A stretch of DNA of 64,000 nucleotides from an uncultured Acidobacteriota bacterium (GCA_963764715.1 CAVXTP010000022.1:384001-448000), one strand, 5' to 3'; counted from the stretch's first letter, positions 38,092 through 52,395 are shown. The notes: generated from the letters alone by a model not told the origin. Program-made: numbers and translations.

Positions 38092-38535
38092 ATGGCCAGC
38101 GTGAACAAAGTGATCCTGATCGGAAACCTCGGGAAGGACCCGGAGATCCGGACGACGCCGCAGGGAACGACCCTCGCACGCTTCTCGGTGGCGACCTCGA
38201 CGACCTGGAAGGACGCGTCGGGCGCCAAGCAGGAGAAGACCGAGTGGCACGACATCGTGGCGTGGGAGAAGCTCGCGCAGATCTGCGGCGAGTATCTCCA
38301 CAAGGGAAAGATGGTCTACGTCGAAGGCAGCCTCCAGACCCGGAGCTGGGAGGACCAGGCGGGCCAGAAGCGCTACAAGACCGAGATCAAGGCCTCCAAC
38401 GTCGTGATGCTCTCCCGGCGCGAGGACGGAGCGCGCGCGGCCGGGGCGCGCGAGGCCGGGGCGCGCGAGGTCGCCGAAGCGCCCGAGCCGGCCACGGCCG
38501 GAGGCGGCGGCTACGACGACGACGTCCCGTTCTAG
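38092..38535 (+). CDS. ssb: Single-stranded DNA-binding protein
   Basis: [20 protein letters not shown]-terminal DDDVPF. Confidence 0.97.
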   Translation: MASVNKVILIGNLGKDPEIRTTPQGTTLARFSVATSTTWKDASGAKQEKTEWHDIVAWEKLAQICGEYLHKGKMVYVEGSLQTRSWEDQAGQKRYKTEIKASNVVMLSRREDGARAAGAREAGAREVAEAPEPATAGGGGYDDDVPF

Positions 38536-38542
38536 GCCGGCC

Positions 38543-38830
38543 ATGCCGGCCTACGTCGTTATCGACGTCGAGGTGACCGACCCCGAAACCTACGAGCGGT
38601 ACAAGCCGCTGGCGCCGCCCGTGATCGCCGCCTACGGTGGCCGTTACCTCGCCCGCGGCGGGCGGACGGACGTGCTCGAGGGCGACTGGGCGCCGACCCG
38701 CGCGGTGATCCTGGAGTTCCCGAGCCTCGAGAGGGCCCGGGCCTGGTGGGAGTCGCCGGAATACGCCGCCGCCAGGGCGCTGCGGCAGTCGAGCACGCGG
38801 ACCCGGATGGTCGTGGTCGAAGGGCTCTGA
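38543..38830 (+). CDS. DUF1330 family protein
   Basis: YGGRYLARGG...LEG...ILEFPS...AWWESPEY. Confidence 0.9.
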   Translation: MPAYVVIDVEVTDPETYERYKPLAPPVIAAYGGRYLARGGRTDVLEGDWAPTRAVILEFPSLERARAWWESPEYAAARALRQSSTRTRMVVVEGL

Positions 38831-38852
38831 GCCGCCCGGGGCCGGCGCGCGC

Positions 38853-39868
38853 TCAACCGATCGAAGCCGCGAACTCGCGCAGCTCCGCGGCCATCGCCGC
38901 GAGACTCACGTTTGCGTCCGCGTCCGTCCGCCTCGCGCGCCGGAGCGCGGCGAGGTGGTCGGCATAGCCTTCCAGCCGCTCGGCCGCCTCGACGCGCCGC
39001 GCCTCCGGAACGCGGCAGCCGACCTCCGCGATCGCCGCGGGGTAATCCTCCAGCCGCCGGCAGACGAAGAGGAGGTCGCAGCCCGCGATCGAGGCCCGGA
39101 CGCAGCGTTCCGGGATGGATCCGAAGGCGCTCAGGGCGCCCATCTCGAGGTCGTCCGAGAAGGCGGCGCCCTCGAAGCCGAGGATGGTGCGCAGGTGGAC
39201 CGTCGCCCAGGCGTCCGAGAGCGAGGCCGGGATTCCGTCGGGCCCCGCCGCGTGCGAGATCATCACGGCGCGGGCCTTTGGCATCAGCACGTCGAACGGC
39301 GTCAGGTCGAGCGCCTGCTGGTGCGGGTCGGACTCGAGCACCGGAAGGGTGTCGTGGGTGTCGAGGCGGGCGCGGCCGAGCCCCGGGAAGTGCTTGACGC
39401 AGCCGCCGATCCCCTCCGAGTGCAGGCCGTCGAGGAAATCCCCCGCGGCCTCGATGATCCGGGCCGGTTCCGCCGAGGCCGCGCGCTCGCCGAGCACCAC
39501 GACCCCGGCGCCCGGCAGCCCGCGATCGACGACCGGTGCGAGGTCGACGTCGAAGCCGAGGCGCGCGAGCGCGCGCCCCGCGAGCTCCCCCGCCCGTCGG
39601 GCGGCCCCCGGTTTGGCCGCGGCCTTCTGGAGCGAGGGGGCCGGGGCGAGCAGGTCGCGCAGGCGGTCGACGGGGCCGCCCTCCTGGTCGAGGAACAGGA
39701 AACGCGCGCCGAGGTCCCGGACCCCGGCGATCAGTCGCGCGAGCTGCGGCTCGCTCTCGATGTTGCGCCGGAAGAGGATCACGCCGAACGGGGGATGCTC
39801 GGCCAGAATCTCGCGCTCGCGCGCGGTGAGGGTTGCGCCCTCCACGCCGACGCCGAACAGGCGCGAGC

Positions 39869-39872
<4 letters not shown>
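38853..39872 (-). CDS. nagZ: Beta-N-acetylhexosaminidase (GH3)
   Basis: GVILFRRN, DQEGG, APVVD, KHFPGLG, DTH, SDDLEM; GTG overlaps the mutS stop. Confidence 0.92.
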
Positions 39873-42400
<2,528 letters not shown>

Positions 42401-42458
42401 GCCGGTGCTAGCATAGCTCCAAGCCGCGGGGCGCCTCCGGGCGCCGCGCCGACGGACG

Positions 42459-43091
42459 ATGAACATCCTCGCGCTCGACACGGCGGGGCCGAACCCTTCG
42501 GTGGCGGCGCTCGCGGACGAAAGGTTCTTCGAGGAGCCGCTCCCCGGAGACCGGCGCGCGTCGGAGGCGCTGCTGCCGGCGATCTCCCGCGCGCTCGCCG
42601 CCGCGGGCCTCGACCTGAGCGACTGCGATCGCATCGTCGTCGGCGCCGGGCCCGGCTCCTTCACCGGGCTGCGGGTGGGGCTGGCGACGGCGTGGGCTCT
42701 CGGCCGCGCGCTCGGCCGCCCCGTCGAGACCGTCTCGACGCTCGAGGCAGTCGCCGAGGCCGCGCGCCCCTGGGGAGGCCCGCGTGTCGCCGCGTTCCTC
42801 GACGCCGGCCGGGGCGAGCTCGTCGGCGAAGTGTTCGATCTGTCCGGGGATCGCGCCCGCTCGATCGCGCCGGCGGCCCGCATCCCGGCGGCCGAGGCCG
42901 CGGCCTTCGCCGACGGCGCTCCCATCGCGGCTCTGCCGGAGGGGCTCGCCGGCGCGGGCGGCCGCGTGCCACCGCTCTCCCTCGCCGAAGCCCTCGCCCG
43001 CGCCTCGGCGCGCACGCCGCGGGCGACGACGCCGCTCGAGGGCATCTACTCGCGCCCGAGCGCGGCCGAGGAGAAGCATGGCGCTGCGTGA
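42459..43091 (+). CDS. tsaB: tRNA threonylcarbamoyladenosine biosynthesis protein TsaB
   Basis: ILALDT, GPGSFTGLRVG, DAGRGE. Confidence 0.93.
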   Translation: MNILALDTAGPNPSVAALADERFFEEPLPGDRRASEALLPAISRALAAAGLDLSDCDRIVVGAGPGSFTGLRVGLATAWALGRALGRPVETVSTLEAVAEAARPWGGPRVAAFLDAGRGELVGEVFDLSGDRARSIAPAARIPAAEAAAFADGAPIAALPEGLAGAGGRVPPLSLAEALARASARTPRATTPLEGIYSRPSAAEEKHGAA

Positions 43092-43572
43092 GCCGGAGCC
43101 GGCCCCGTACCGCCTTCGGCCCGGCGGGCCGTTCGACCTCGACGAGGTCGCGCGGATCGAGGAGGAGTCGTTCCCGGCTCCGTGGAGGCGCGACTTTTTC
43201 GCGAGCGAGCTCGTCGAGCCGCACCGGTACATCCGCGTGCTCGCGCGCGAGGAGGGAGGCGAGCCCCGCATCGGCGGCTACCTCTTCGCCGTCTCCCTCT
43301 ACGAGGAATTTCACATCAACAAGATCGCGACCGACCGGCGGCTGCGACAGCAGGGCTACGGGCGCATGCTCCTCGAGGACGCGCTCGCACGGGCCCGCTC
43401 GATGGGCTCGACGGCGGTCACGCTCGAGGTCCGCGTCTCCAACGCCGCCGCGCGGCAGTTCTACAAGTCCTACGGCTTCGCGGAAGCCTACCGCCGCCGG
43501 GGCTACTACCAGGACGGCGAGGACGCGCTGGTGCTCGTTTTGCCGCTCCCGACGGGGTCTTCCCGCGGTTGA
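43078..43572 (+). CDS. rimI: Ribosomal protein S18 alanine N-acetyltransferase
   Basis: IEEESFPAPW, RQQGYG, LEVRVSN, RRGYY..GEDA. Confidence 0.92.
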   Translation: MALREPEPAPYRLRPGGPFDLDEVARIEEESFPAPWRRDFFASELVEPHRYIRVLAREEGGEPRIGGYLFAVSLYEEFHINKIATDRRLRQQGYGRMLLEDALARARSMGSTAVTLEVRVSNAAARQFYKSYGFAEAYRRRGYYQDGEDALVLVLPLPTGSSRG

Positions 43573-43654
43573 AAGCTCCCCACGGCGGGGCTAGACTTGG
43601 GACGTGGCCTTCCCCGCAGCTCTCCTCGACCAAAATACAAGGAGGTTTGACCCG

Positions 43655-43879
43655 ATGGAAAACGGGAACAGAGAGGAACTGGCCGTTACCGATCCGGAGT
43701 TTCGCCGCCTGCACGAGGAGCACCGCCACCACGAGGAGCGGCTCCACCTGCTGGCGGTGAAATCGAGCCTCTCCGAGGACGAGGAATTGGAAGAAAAGCG
43801 GCTCAAGAAGGAAAAGCTCCTTTTGAAGGACCGCATGGAAGCCATCGCGCGACACCACCGAGCGGGAGTCGCCAGCTGA
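43655..43879 (+). CDS. DUF465 family small protein
   Basis: EFRRLHEEH...LKKEKLLLKDRM; AAGGAGG SD. Confidence 0.88.
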   Translation: MENGNREELAVTDPEFRRLHEEHRHHEERLHLLAVKSSLSEDEELEEKRLKKEKLLLKDRMEAIARHHRAGVAS

Positions 43880-44511
43880 GGATACCGATCGCCCGCGAAG
43901 GCTGGGTCTTCATCCTTCCGGCCTTCGCGGCCGGGGCGCTGTGCGCCCTGACGGGGAGTGTGCCTCTGGCGGCGTTCTTCTTCGCCGCCACACTCTTCCT
44001 GCTGCAGTTTTTCCGGGATCCCGAGCGCACGCCGGAAGGCGGGGAGGACACGCTCGTCTCCCCGGCCGACGGCACGGTCCTCTCCGTGACCGAGGCCGCC
44101 GAAGCCCCCGCCGGCGCCCGCCGCCGCCTGTCGATCTTCATGTCGGTCTTCAACTGCCACGTCAACCGCGCCCCGTTCGACGGCCGCCTCTCCGACTACG
44201 CCTACGTGCGAGGCCGGAAGGCGGCGGCGTTCGCCGAGAAGGCCTCGCTCGAGAACGAGCAGAATCGCATCACGCTCTCGACGCCGCGCGGCAGCCTGAC
44301 CTTCAAGCAGATCGCGGGAGCGCTCGCCCGTCGGATCGTCTTCTACCCGCACGTGGGCGACGAAGTGCGGCGCGGCGAGCGGATCGGCCTGATCAAGTTC
44401 GGTTCCAGGGTCGACCTCTTTCTCCCGGACGACGCCGAGGTGCTCGTCACGCCCGGGCAGAAGCTCAAGGCCGGCCGGTCGGCGATCGCCCGCTGGGGCA
44501 AGGCCTCGTAG
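43876..44511 (+). CDS. psd: Phosphatidylserine decarboxylase (start probably CTG at 43876)
   Basis: FFRDPER, SPADG, SIFMS..NCHVNRAP, KFGSRVD; N-terminal (L)RIPIAREGW upstream of the ORF-track start. Confidence 0.93.
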   Translation: MRIPIAREGWVFILPAFAAGALCALTGSVPLAAFFFAATLFLLQFFRDPERTPEGGEDTLVSPADGTVLSVTEAAEAPAGARRRLSIFMSVFNCHVNRAPFDGRLSDYAYVRGRKAAAFAEKASLENEQNRITLSTPRGSLTFKQIAGALARRIVFYPHVGDEVRRGERIGLIKFGSRVDLFLPDDAEVLVTPGQKLKAGRSAIARWGKAS

Positions 44512-44512
44512 G

Positions 44513-45253
44513 ATGGGCGCGCTTTCGCGCGAGCGCCTCTCGCGGGGCCTCTTCATCCTTCCGACGCTCTTCACCGTCGGCAACCTGTTCTGCGGCTACC
44601 TGTCGCTCTGGTCGTCGATCCGCGGGACCTTCGAGCTCGCGGCCTACCTGATCATCGCGGCCGGGATCCTCGACGGGCTCGACGGCCGGATCGCCCGGAT
44701 GACGAACTCGACCTCGGAGTTCGGCTCGGAGTACGACTCGCTCGCCGACCTCGTCTCCTTCGGCGTGGCTCCCGCGGTGCTGGCGTACTCCTGGGGCCTC
44801 GAGGATTTTCATCGCCTGGGCTGGATGGCCTCGTTCCTCTTCGTGGTCTGCGGCTCGATGCGGCTGGCCCGGTTCAACATCCAGACGCACGTCGTGGACA
44901 AGCGGTACTTCGTGGGGCTCCCGATCCCGGCGGCGGCCGGCACGGTCGCGACGGTCGTCCTCGCGACGCCCGAACGGCTGGTGTCCCGCGTCTGGATGGG
45001 CGGGCTCCTCGCCCTGACGATCGTCCTCTCCTACCTGATGATCTCGACGATCCGCTACCGGTCCTTCAAGGACGTCGACCTGCGCCGGCGCCGGCCCGCC
45101 TGGATCCTGCCGGCGATCGCCGCCCTCTTCGCGATCATCGCGTTCCGGCCGGAGATCGCACTCGCCTGCATCACGCTCGTCTTCGTCGTCTCGGGCCCCG
45201 CCGCCAAGATCGCGGGAGCGTTCCGGCGGGCCGAGCGTGGCTCGGGCCCGTAG
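44513..45253 (+). CDS. pssA: CDP-diacylglycerol--serine O-phosphatidyltransferase
   Basis: DGLDGRIAR...G...DSLADLVSFG, RLARFN, FVGLPIP. Confidence 0.94.
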   Translation: MGALSRERLSRGLFILPTLFTVGNLFCGYLSLWSSIRGTFELAAYLIIAAGILDGLDGRIARMTNSTSEFGSEYDSLADLVSFGVAPAVLAYSWGLEDFHRLGWMASFLFVVCGSMRLARFNIQTHVVDKRYFVGLPIPAAAGTVATVVLATPERLVSRVWMGGLLALTIVLSYLMISTIRYRSFKDVDLRRRRPAWILPAIAALFAIIAFRPEIALACITLVFVVSGPAAKIAGAFRRAERGSGP

Positions 45254-45265
45254 GCCGGCCGGCCC

Positions 45266-46768
45266 TCAGCGCTTCTTGCGGGGCGGCGCCGCCGTCGGCG
45301 TCGGAGGGGCCGGCGGCTCCGTCCACTCCGACGCGACCTCGGACCCGGCGGCGGCGATCATGTGCGCGCGGGACGGGCAGCAGCGGGCCGGAACGCCGCC
45401 GCGGAGCACGATGCGGGCCGGGGAGACGACCTCGCCGGGCAGGACGAGCGTCTCGAAGAGGCGGACCCGGGTCGCCCGGCCGGGCGTCACGGGCTGCCCG
45501 TTGCGGTCGTAGGTCGCGTAGCGGTCGAATCCCCCGAGGTTGACGTCGGCCGGGTGCGCCGGCGCCACGTCGACCTCGATCCAGTTCGCGGTCCGGGAGA
45601 CGATCGAGGCGTGGGTGGTCCGGTTGGCGGCCTCGACCGCGATCGCGTTGCGGCCCGCGGCGACGACGCTCGGGGCGAGAACCGGGGCGAGCGACCGGCC
45701 GAGGATGACGTCCTCGAACGCCGCCACCGGAAAGATTCGGGAGGCGTCCCGGGCCCCGTCGAACACGAGGACGCGTCCGAGCGCGAACCGCTTGCCGGAC
45801 ATCGTCGAGCCGAGCTGGTAGAGCATTTCCGTCAGGGCCGGCACGCGGTAGGTGATGCGGTCGCCGGTCTCGAAGGCCAGGTCGCCGGCGCGCACGGGCC
45901 GGCGCACGGTCAGGTGAAACGCCGAGAAGGCGGCGTCGGAAACCGACAGGTCGTTCTCGAAGTCGACGCGGGAGTCGCCGGAGAGCGCCTCGAGGGGCTC
46001 CTCCGGGAGGGCGGCGGGAGGTCCGCCGTCCGCGCGAACGATCACCGCCCGCGGAGACGCGCCGAACGCGGCCCACCACGGCCGTCGCAGCGAGTCGATC
46101 GCGGCCGCGTCGGACCGCGCCTCGAGACCGAAGATCGGAGCGACGAGGGCGTCGGCCCGGTCGACGAGGGGCGCGAGCGCCTTGCGCGCTTCTTCGGTCG
46201 CGGGCGAAGGGAACGCGGCGGCGATCGAGAGAAATGGACCCCCGGGCAGCCGGCGGCGAAGCGCCTCGAGCAGCGCACCGGAGCGCTTTGCGGATGCGGC
46301 GGTGAACGGAAAGTCGAGGTGGAGGCCGATGACCCGGCCGAACCCTCCGCCCGCGCGAAGGGCCGGTTCGAGGCCCGCGGCGATGGCCTGCGAGACGGCC
46401 TCGGCATCCGGTCCCGCCTCTCCGGCGAGGGCGGTCGAGAGCTCCGCGCCGGCATGGACGACCAGGATCACGGACGCGAGCGAAAGCGGATGGGGCGGGG
46501 CCGCGCCCGGGCGAAGACCCCAACGCCCGTTCCCGAAGGTCACCTCCCCGGCCGGCAGAAAGACCGCCGCCGCGATCCTCGCGAGCCGGTCCTCGATGCC
46601 GGCGTCGCCTGCGGCGGCGACGTCGGTGAACCAGACCGCGTCGCCCTTCGGGGGTCCGCCCCGGGCCGAGCCCGCGGCCGGCGCGGAGGACTTGCGGCAG
46701 CCGACTGCCCCGAGCGCGAGCGCGCCCGAGGCCACGACGGCGAGGAGCGCCACCCGCTCCGACCTCAA
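45266..46768 (-). CDS. Hypothetical lipoprotein (possibly DUF3142-like)
   Basis: TTG overlaps the kinase TGA; lipobox AVGC; IGLHLDFP. Confidence 0.65.
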   Translation of the reverse strand: MRSERVALLAVVASGALALGAVGCRKSSAPAAGSARGGPPKGDAVWFTDVAAAGDAGIEDRLARIAAAVFLPAGEVTFGNGRWGLRPGAAPPHPLSLASVILVVHAGAELSTALAGEAGPDAEAVSQAIAAGLEPALRAGGGFGRVIGLHLDFPFTAASAKRSGALLEALRRRLPGGPFLSIAAAFPSPATEEARKALAPLVDRADALVAPIFGLEARSDAAAIDSLRRPWWAAFGASPRAVIVRADGGPPAALPEEPLEALSGDSRVDFENDLSVSDAAFSAFHLTVRRPVRAGDLAFETGDRITYRVPALTEMLYQLGSTMSGKRFALGRVLVFDGARDASRIFPVAAFEDVILGRSLAPVLAPSVVAAGRNAIAVEAANRTTHASIVSRTANWIEVDVAPAHPADVNLGGFDRYATYDRNGQPVTPGRATRVRLFETLVLPGEVVSPARIVLRGGVPARCCPSRAHMIAAAGSEVASEWTEPPAPPTPTAAPPRKKR

Positions 46769-49700
46769 GCCGGCGTCCCCTCGGCGGCGGGAAGATCGAA
46801 GCGCACCCGGAATCCGCCTCCCGGCCGGTTGGCCGCGCCGATCGAGCCTCCGTGCTCCTCGACGATCTTCTTCGCGATCGCGAGGCCGAGACCCGTGCCG
46901 CCGCTCTTGGCCGAGAAGTAGGGGTCGAAGAGGCGCGGCAGGATCTCGGTCCGCACGCCGGGGCCGTCGTCCTCGACGCTCGCCTCGATGCGCCCGTCGC
47001 GGCGCGCGGCGGACAGGCGGATCGTCCCGCCCTCCGGAAGCGCGTCGACGGAGTTGCCCACGAGGTTCGAGAGGACGCGGGAGAGCAGGCGCGGATCCGC
47101 CATCGCGAAGAGCCCCGGAGAAGCGTCGACCGCCCAGCGGATCCCGGGCGCGGCCGAGTAAGCCGCCGCGGCCTCCCGCAGGAGCGTCGACACGTCCGCC
47201 GGGCGCAGCTCCGGGCGCGGGAGCCGGGCGTAGTCGGCGAACTCGGACGCCGAGCGCCGCAACTCGTCGGTCTGCCGCAGGACGTTCGACACGCACTCCT
47301 CCAGGACCCGTTCGAAATCCGGGGACTTGCGCTTCCAGACCTCCCGAAGATGTTCGACGGAGAGGCGGATCGGTGTCAACGGATTCTTGATCTCGTGGGC
47401 GATGATCCTCGCCATCTCCGCCCACGCCGCGAGACGGTTCGAGCGAACGACGTCGGACACGTCCTCGATCACGGCCATCCGAGCTCCCGTTCCGCCGAGC
47501 GGCAGCGGCACGGTCACGACGCGCCAGCGCTCCCCGGGCCGCGGCTCGAGCTCCTCCGACACGGGCGCTCCGTCGACCCGCTCGAGAACCCGCCGGACGC
47601 CGCGCATCTCGTCGCCCGGGAAGACCTCCTCGAGCGTCTCGCCGTCGAGCTTTCCGCGCGCGAGCCGGGCCGCCGCGGGGTTGGCGAGGAGCACGCGGCG
47701 GTCTTCGCCGTAGGCCACGACGCCGGCGGTAAGCTGGGCGAGGAGCGTGGCGAGACGCTCCTTCTCCCGCGACAGAGCATCCGTCTGTTCGCGCAGGCTC
47801 CGGGACATGTAGAGAAAGGCGCGCACCAGCTCGCGCAGCTCCTCGTCCGGCGGCTCGGCGAGGTGGGGCGAGAAATCGCCGCGCGCGACGGCCCGCGTCC
47901 CCTGTACGAGGTCCGCCACCGGGCGTGCCACGCGGACGGCGAGGCGGCCCGCGATCGCGGCCGACACGAGAAACACCAGGAGCGAAAACGCCGTGACGGC
48001 CGCCGTCAGTTGCGAGGCCTCGGCCTCCGCGGCGCGCTGCTGGGGCAGCAGCAGGACGGAAAGCAGGGCGGGGCTGCGCACTCCCGGAACGCCGGGCAGC
48101 GCGGAGAGCGCGGTCGTGAGCTCCTCGAACGGGCTTCCCGCGATCAGGCGCGCGTCCTCGCGCTGGCGCGCCTCGCCGAGGCCGACGGCGACGTAGCTCG
48201 CCCCGGGGACGCGTTCGGGCAGGAGCCCGGCGGCGTAGAGATCGCGCCGCGAGCTCGCCAGCAGCAGCGCATCGGGCGAATAGACCGAGAGGTCGAACCC
48301 CACGGCGTTGGCGAGCCAGGAGAGGAGCGCGTCGTCCAGAAGTCCGAGCCGTCCCCGCGCGGTCTCCGACGGAAGGTAGTCGTCGAGGACCCGCCGGCCG
48401 GTTTCGAGCGCGGTGCGGGCGTGGTCGAGCGTGTCCTGCCGCGAGCGCGTCGCGATCGAGGCCCGCAGGAAGAACGTCACCGCGAGGAGCGGGATCATCA
48501 CCGAGAGCACGAAGAGCGCCACGAGGCGGCCCCGGAACGTCCGCGCGCCGGGAGGCCAGAGGTCGCGCAGGCTGCGGCGCGCCACGACCGCGCGGACGAG
48601 AACGATCGCGCCGCCGAGAAGATAGAGCGCGGCCGCCGCCGGAAGCAGCAGCGCCGCCGTCAGGAGGCGGGGAAGGAATCCCGGACCGGGAACCGCGATG
48701 AGCTGGAACCCGTCGGACCGGGGCCGCAACTCCCCGTAGAGCTCCTCGCCGCGGTACCGGAGGCGCACGCGCGAAGACCGGCCGGTGCGCCGGACCCGGT
48801 CGAAGCTCCCGGCCGAGATGTCGGGCCCTTCCTCGCGGCGCGAACCGTCGGGCCCGTAGAAGACGAGGACGGGGCGCGCCGAGGAGACCGGGGACGTCGG
48901 GGCTCCCACGAGCCTCCGGTAGACCTCGAGGCGGGGAGGAAGGGGGTCCCAGTTCGGCCAGTCCGCGACCGAGACCACCGCCCGCCCCCAGGGGGCGCCG
49001 GCGCTCGAGAGGACCGCGGCCTGCTGCACCAGGGCCACGCGGTGCCGTTCGATGCGCACGCCCGGCTGGTCGTCCGCGGCCGCCGTGTCGGCTTCCGGGA
49101 TGAGCGAGAAGCGGCTCCGCAGCACTCCGTCGCGATCGAACACCTCGAAGGCGATGAGCGTCTCCGACGGGGCCTCCGACTCTCCCTCGCGCCACAGGCG
49201 GTAGGCGAGATCGGAGAGATCGACGACCTCGATCGGCGCCGGCAGCTGCGCGGCGAGGTCGAACCGTTCCGCCCGCTCGACCGCCCGCCGAACCGCGACG
49301 ACGGCCCCGGCGGAGATCCGCTCGGCGTCGGGAAGCCGCATCGCGGCCGCCACCCGGTACGCCTCGACGACGCGCCGGTGCTCGTGGAGCGGCACGGCGA
49401 CGAGGATGAGAAGCAGCGTCATGCCGGCCGCCAGACGAAACGGACCGAGCGGGCCGCTCTCCGGAACCGCGGCGATCGCCCGGCGCCACGTCTCGTAGGC
49501 GACGATCGAGACCGACGCCGACGAGGTAGGGATAGGCCCGCGACGGCGTGACGAGCAGCAGGGCGGCGAGGATGCCGGCCGAAGTCACGGCGATCGCGGC
49601 GCCGGTCCAGGCCCCGCGGCCCGAGCGGGGGCCCGCGCTCGCTCCGATCGCGAGCGACGCGGCGGTCAGGGCCGTCAGCGCCACGAGGCCGAGAAACTGG

Positions 49701-50680
49701 GCGCTCCAGACGGGCACGCGGGCGCCGAGGTCCGGCAGGTCCGTCCCGTGCGCGGCCGCGAGCGCCGCGGCGAAGAGGGCGTATCCCGCCGCGAGCCGGC
49801 GCCCCCGGCGGCCGGGCTCCGGGGATCGAAGCCGGGAGAGCCCGACCGGAAGGAGAAAGAGGCCGGCCGCCAGAAGCCAGGGGCGCGACGCGGAGAGCGC
49901 CCGCTCCCCTGCGCCGGCGAACGCCACGGCCGCGAGGAACGCCGACGCGAGACCGGCGCCGACCGCGAGCGCGTCGCGGCCGGCCAGCGCCAGCGCGAGG
50001 CTGACTCCCAGCGCCGCGGCACGGACGAGCCCCCGGCGCCGGCCGTGAGGCGCCGCGGGAAGATCCGCAAGGCGCCCGGCGAGAAGCGGCAGTCGTCCCG
50101 CGGCGTCCATCAGCAGCGGCGCCTGGCCCTCCGGCGCCACCGGCTCCCAGTCGGCGCTCGCGCCGGACAGGCCGAGGGCCTGCGCGAACTCGGGCGCCTG
50201 GACCGGAAGCGACCGGCCGGCGCAGATCACGCCGGCGAACGGCTCCTTGCCGGCGAGGCTCCAGTGGAGGAGCTCCATGCGCGTCGCCGACCACCGCACC
50301 TCGAGCGTGCCCGGCGCGCGCAGCTGCGGAATCCGCGACGGGGCGTCGCCCCACCAGGCCTGCGGATTGCCGCGCGGGTCGGCGAGCGTGATCCAGGTGC
50401 CGGGAGCCGAGTCGGCCACGGCCTGCCGGGCCGCCGAGAACAGCCGCTCGCGCTGCACCGCGATTCCCCCGCCCTCGAGCGAACGGGCGACGTCGGGATT
50501 GCGCGCGAAGGCCTGCGTTCTCGCAGCGAGGTCCTTGGCCGCGCCTTCGACGGCCCGGCGGAGCTCCTCCGGCGGAGAGCCGCTCCGCGCCGGAGCCAGG
50601 GCCGGACCGACCCAGCCGTCGAGCCACGCGAGCGCCGCCACGATGGCGGCGAGAGCGGCCCAGAGCCGGGGGCGCTTCAC
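46765..50680 (-). pseudogene. Large multi-TM NtrY-like sensor histidine kinase (HAMP-PAS-HisKA-HATPase) with a frameshift at ~49508-49522
   Basis: AWAEMARIIAHEIKNPLTPI, EDDGPG, LFDPYFS, GGTGLGL; the N-terminal third is in another frame and joins if one base is removed. Confidence 0.85.
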
Positions 50681-50696
50681 CGTGACGTCCCGCGCG

Positions 50697-52364
50697 TCAG
50701 CGCAGGAAGGGCAGGTCCACTCCCCGCTCGCGCGCCGCCGCGATCGCCTCCGGGTAGCCCGCGTCGGCGTGACGCATCACTCCCGTGCCGGGATCGCTCT
50801 TCAGGACGCGCTCGAGCCGCCGGTGCGCGGCCTCCGTGCCGTCCGCGACGACGACCATCCCGGCGTGGAGGGAGTACCCGATGCCGACGCCTCCCCCGTG
50901 ATGCACCGAGACCCAGGTCGCCCCGGCCGCGGTGTTAATGAGCGCGTTCAGGATCGGCCAGTCGCCGATCGCGTCGGAGCCGTCCCGCATCCCCTCGGTC
51001 TCCCGGTTGGGCGAGGCCACGGATCCGGCATCGAGGTGATCGCGCCCGATCACGATGGGCGCGCGGACCTGTCCGGCGCGCACCAGCTCGTTGAAGCGAA
51101 GCCCGGCGCGGTGCCGCTCCCCGTACCCGAGCCAGCAGATCCGCGCCGGCAGGCCCTGGAACGCGATGCGCTCCTCCGCGAGCGCGAGCCACCGAGCGAG
51201 CGCGGGGTCTCCGGGGAAGAGCTCGAGGAGCGCGCGGTCCGTCGTCCGGATGTCCTCGGGGTCCCCGGACAGGGCCGCCCAGCGGAACGGGCCCTTGCCT
51301 TCGCAGAAGAGCGGGCGGATATAGAGGGGAACGAATCCGCCGATCTCGAACGCGTCCGCGACCCCGGCCTTCTGGGCCTGGCCGCGCAGGTTGTTGCCGT
51401 AGTCGAACACGATCGAGCCGCGGCGCTTCAGCTCGAGGAGGGCGCGCACGTGGTCCGCCATCGTCGCGTAGGCCCGCTCGATGTACCGCTTCGGGTCCGC
51501 CGACCGCAGCCGGACGAGGTCCTCGAGCGAGCCGCCGCGCGGAACGTAGCCGTGGAGCTCGTCGTGCGCGGAGGTCTGGTCGGTCACGAGCTCGGGAACG
51601 ATGTCGCGGGCGAGCAGGCGTTCGAGCAGGTCGACGGCGTTGGCCTCGACGCCGATCGACACGGCGCGCTTCGCCGCCTTCGCCGCGAGCGCCCGGTCGA
51701 TCGCGCGGTCGAGGTCCGTCTCGCGCTCGTCGAGATACCGGGTCTTGAGGCGCTTCTCGATCCGCTCCGGGTCCACCTCGGCCACGAGCGCGACGGCGCC
51801 GTTCATGGTCGCGGCCAGGGGCTGGGCGCCGCCCATCCCGCCGAGACCCGCGGTGACGACGAGCCGCCCGGCGAGATCGCCGCCGAAGTCCCGGGCCGCC
51901 GCGGCGAAGGTCTCGAAAGTCCCCTGCACGATGCCCTGGCTGCCGATGTAGATCCAGGACCCGGCCGTCATCTGCCCGTACATGGTCAGGCCGAGGCCCT
52001 CGAGCCGCCGGAACTCGTCCCCCGTCGCCCACGCGGGAACCAGCATCGAGTTGGAAATCAGAACGCGCGGCGCGTCTTCGTGGGTCTGGAAGACGCCGAC
52101 GGCCTTCCCGGACTGGACGAGCATCGTCTCGTTGGATCGCAGACGCTTCAACGTCGCGACGATCGAGTCGAAGGCTTCCCAGCTGCGCGCGGCCTTGCCC
52201 GTCCCCCCGTAGACGATGAGCTCCTCGGGCTTTTCGGCGACCTCGGGGTCGAGGTTGTTCTCGAGCATCCGGAGGGCCGCCTCCTGGGGCCAGCCGAGAC
52301 AGCGGAGCCCGGTGCCGTGGTGGGCGCGGATCGTTCGGGAAGCCGGCAGAACGCTCGTGCTCAT
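50697..52364 (-). CDS. hutU: Urocanate hydratase
   Basis: [41 protein letters not shown]. Confidence 0.97.
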   Translation of the reverse strand: MSTSVLPASRTIRAHHGTGLRCLGWPQEAALRMLENNLDPEVAEKPEELIVYGGTGKAARSWEAFDSIVATLKRLRSNETMLVQSGKAVGVFQTHEDAPRVLISNSMLVPAWATGDEFRRLEGLGLTMYGQMTAGSWIYIGSQGIVQGTFETFAAAARDFGGDLAGRLVVTAGLGGMGGAQPLAATMNGAVALVAEVDPERIEKRLKTRYLDERETDLDRAIDRALAAKAAKRAVSIGVEANAVDLLERLLARDIVPELVTDQTSAHDELHGYVPRGGSLEDLVRLRSADPKRYIERAYATMADHVRALLELKRRGSIVFDYGNNLRGQAQKAGVADAFEIGGFVPLYIRPLFCEGKGPFRWAALSGDPEDIRTTDRALLELFPGDPALARWLALAEERIAFQGLPARICWLGYGERHRAGLRFNELVRAGQVRAPIVIGRDHLDAGSVASPNRETEGMRDGSDAIGDWPILNALINTAAGATWVSVHHGGGVGIGYSLHAGMVVVADGTEAAHRRLERVLKSDPGTGVMRHADAGYPEAIAAARERGVDLPFLR

Positions 52365-52395
52365 GGGCCGATTATATCGGCGGGATCCGGGCCGC

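Noticed and set aside
38430-38470. 15-bp tandem repeat in ssb
   Set aside because: In-frame expansion (GAREA-like) in the disordered SSB linker; common.
45266-50680. 1804-aa ORF as a giant fusion protein
   Set aside because: It is a frameshift artefact: kinase N-terminus, an Arg/Pro-rich off-frame middle, then the separate lipoprotein.
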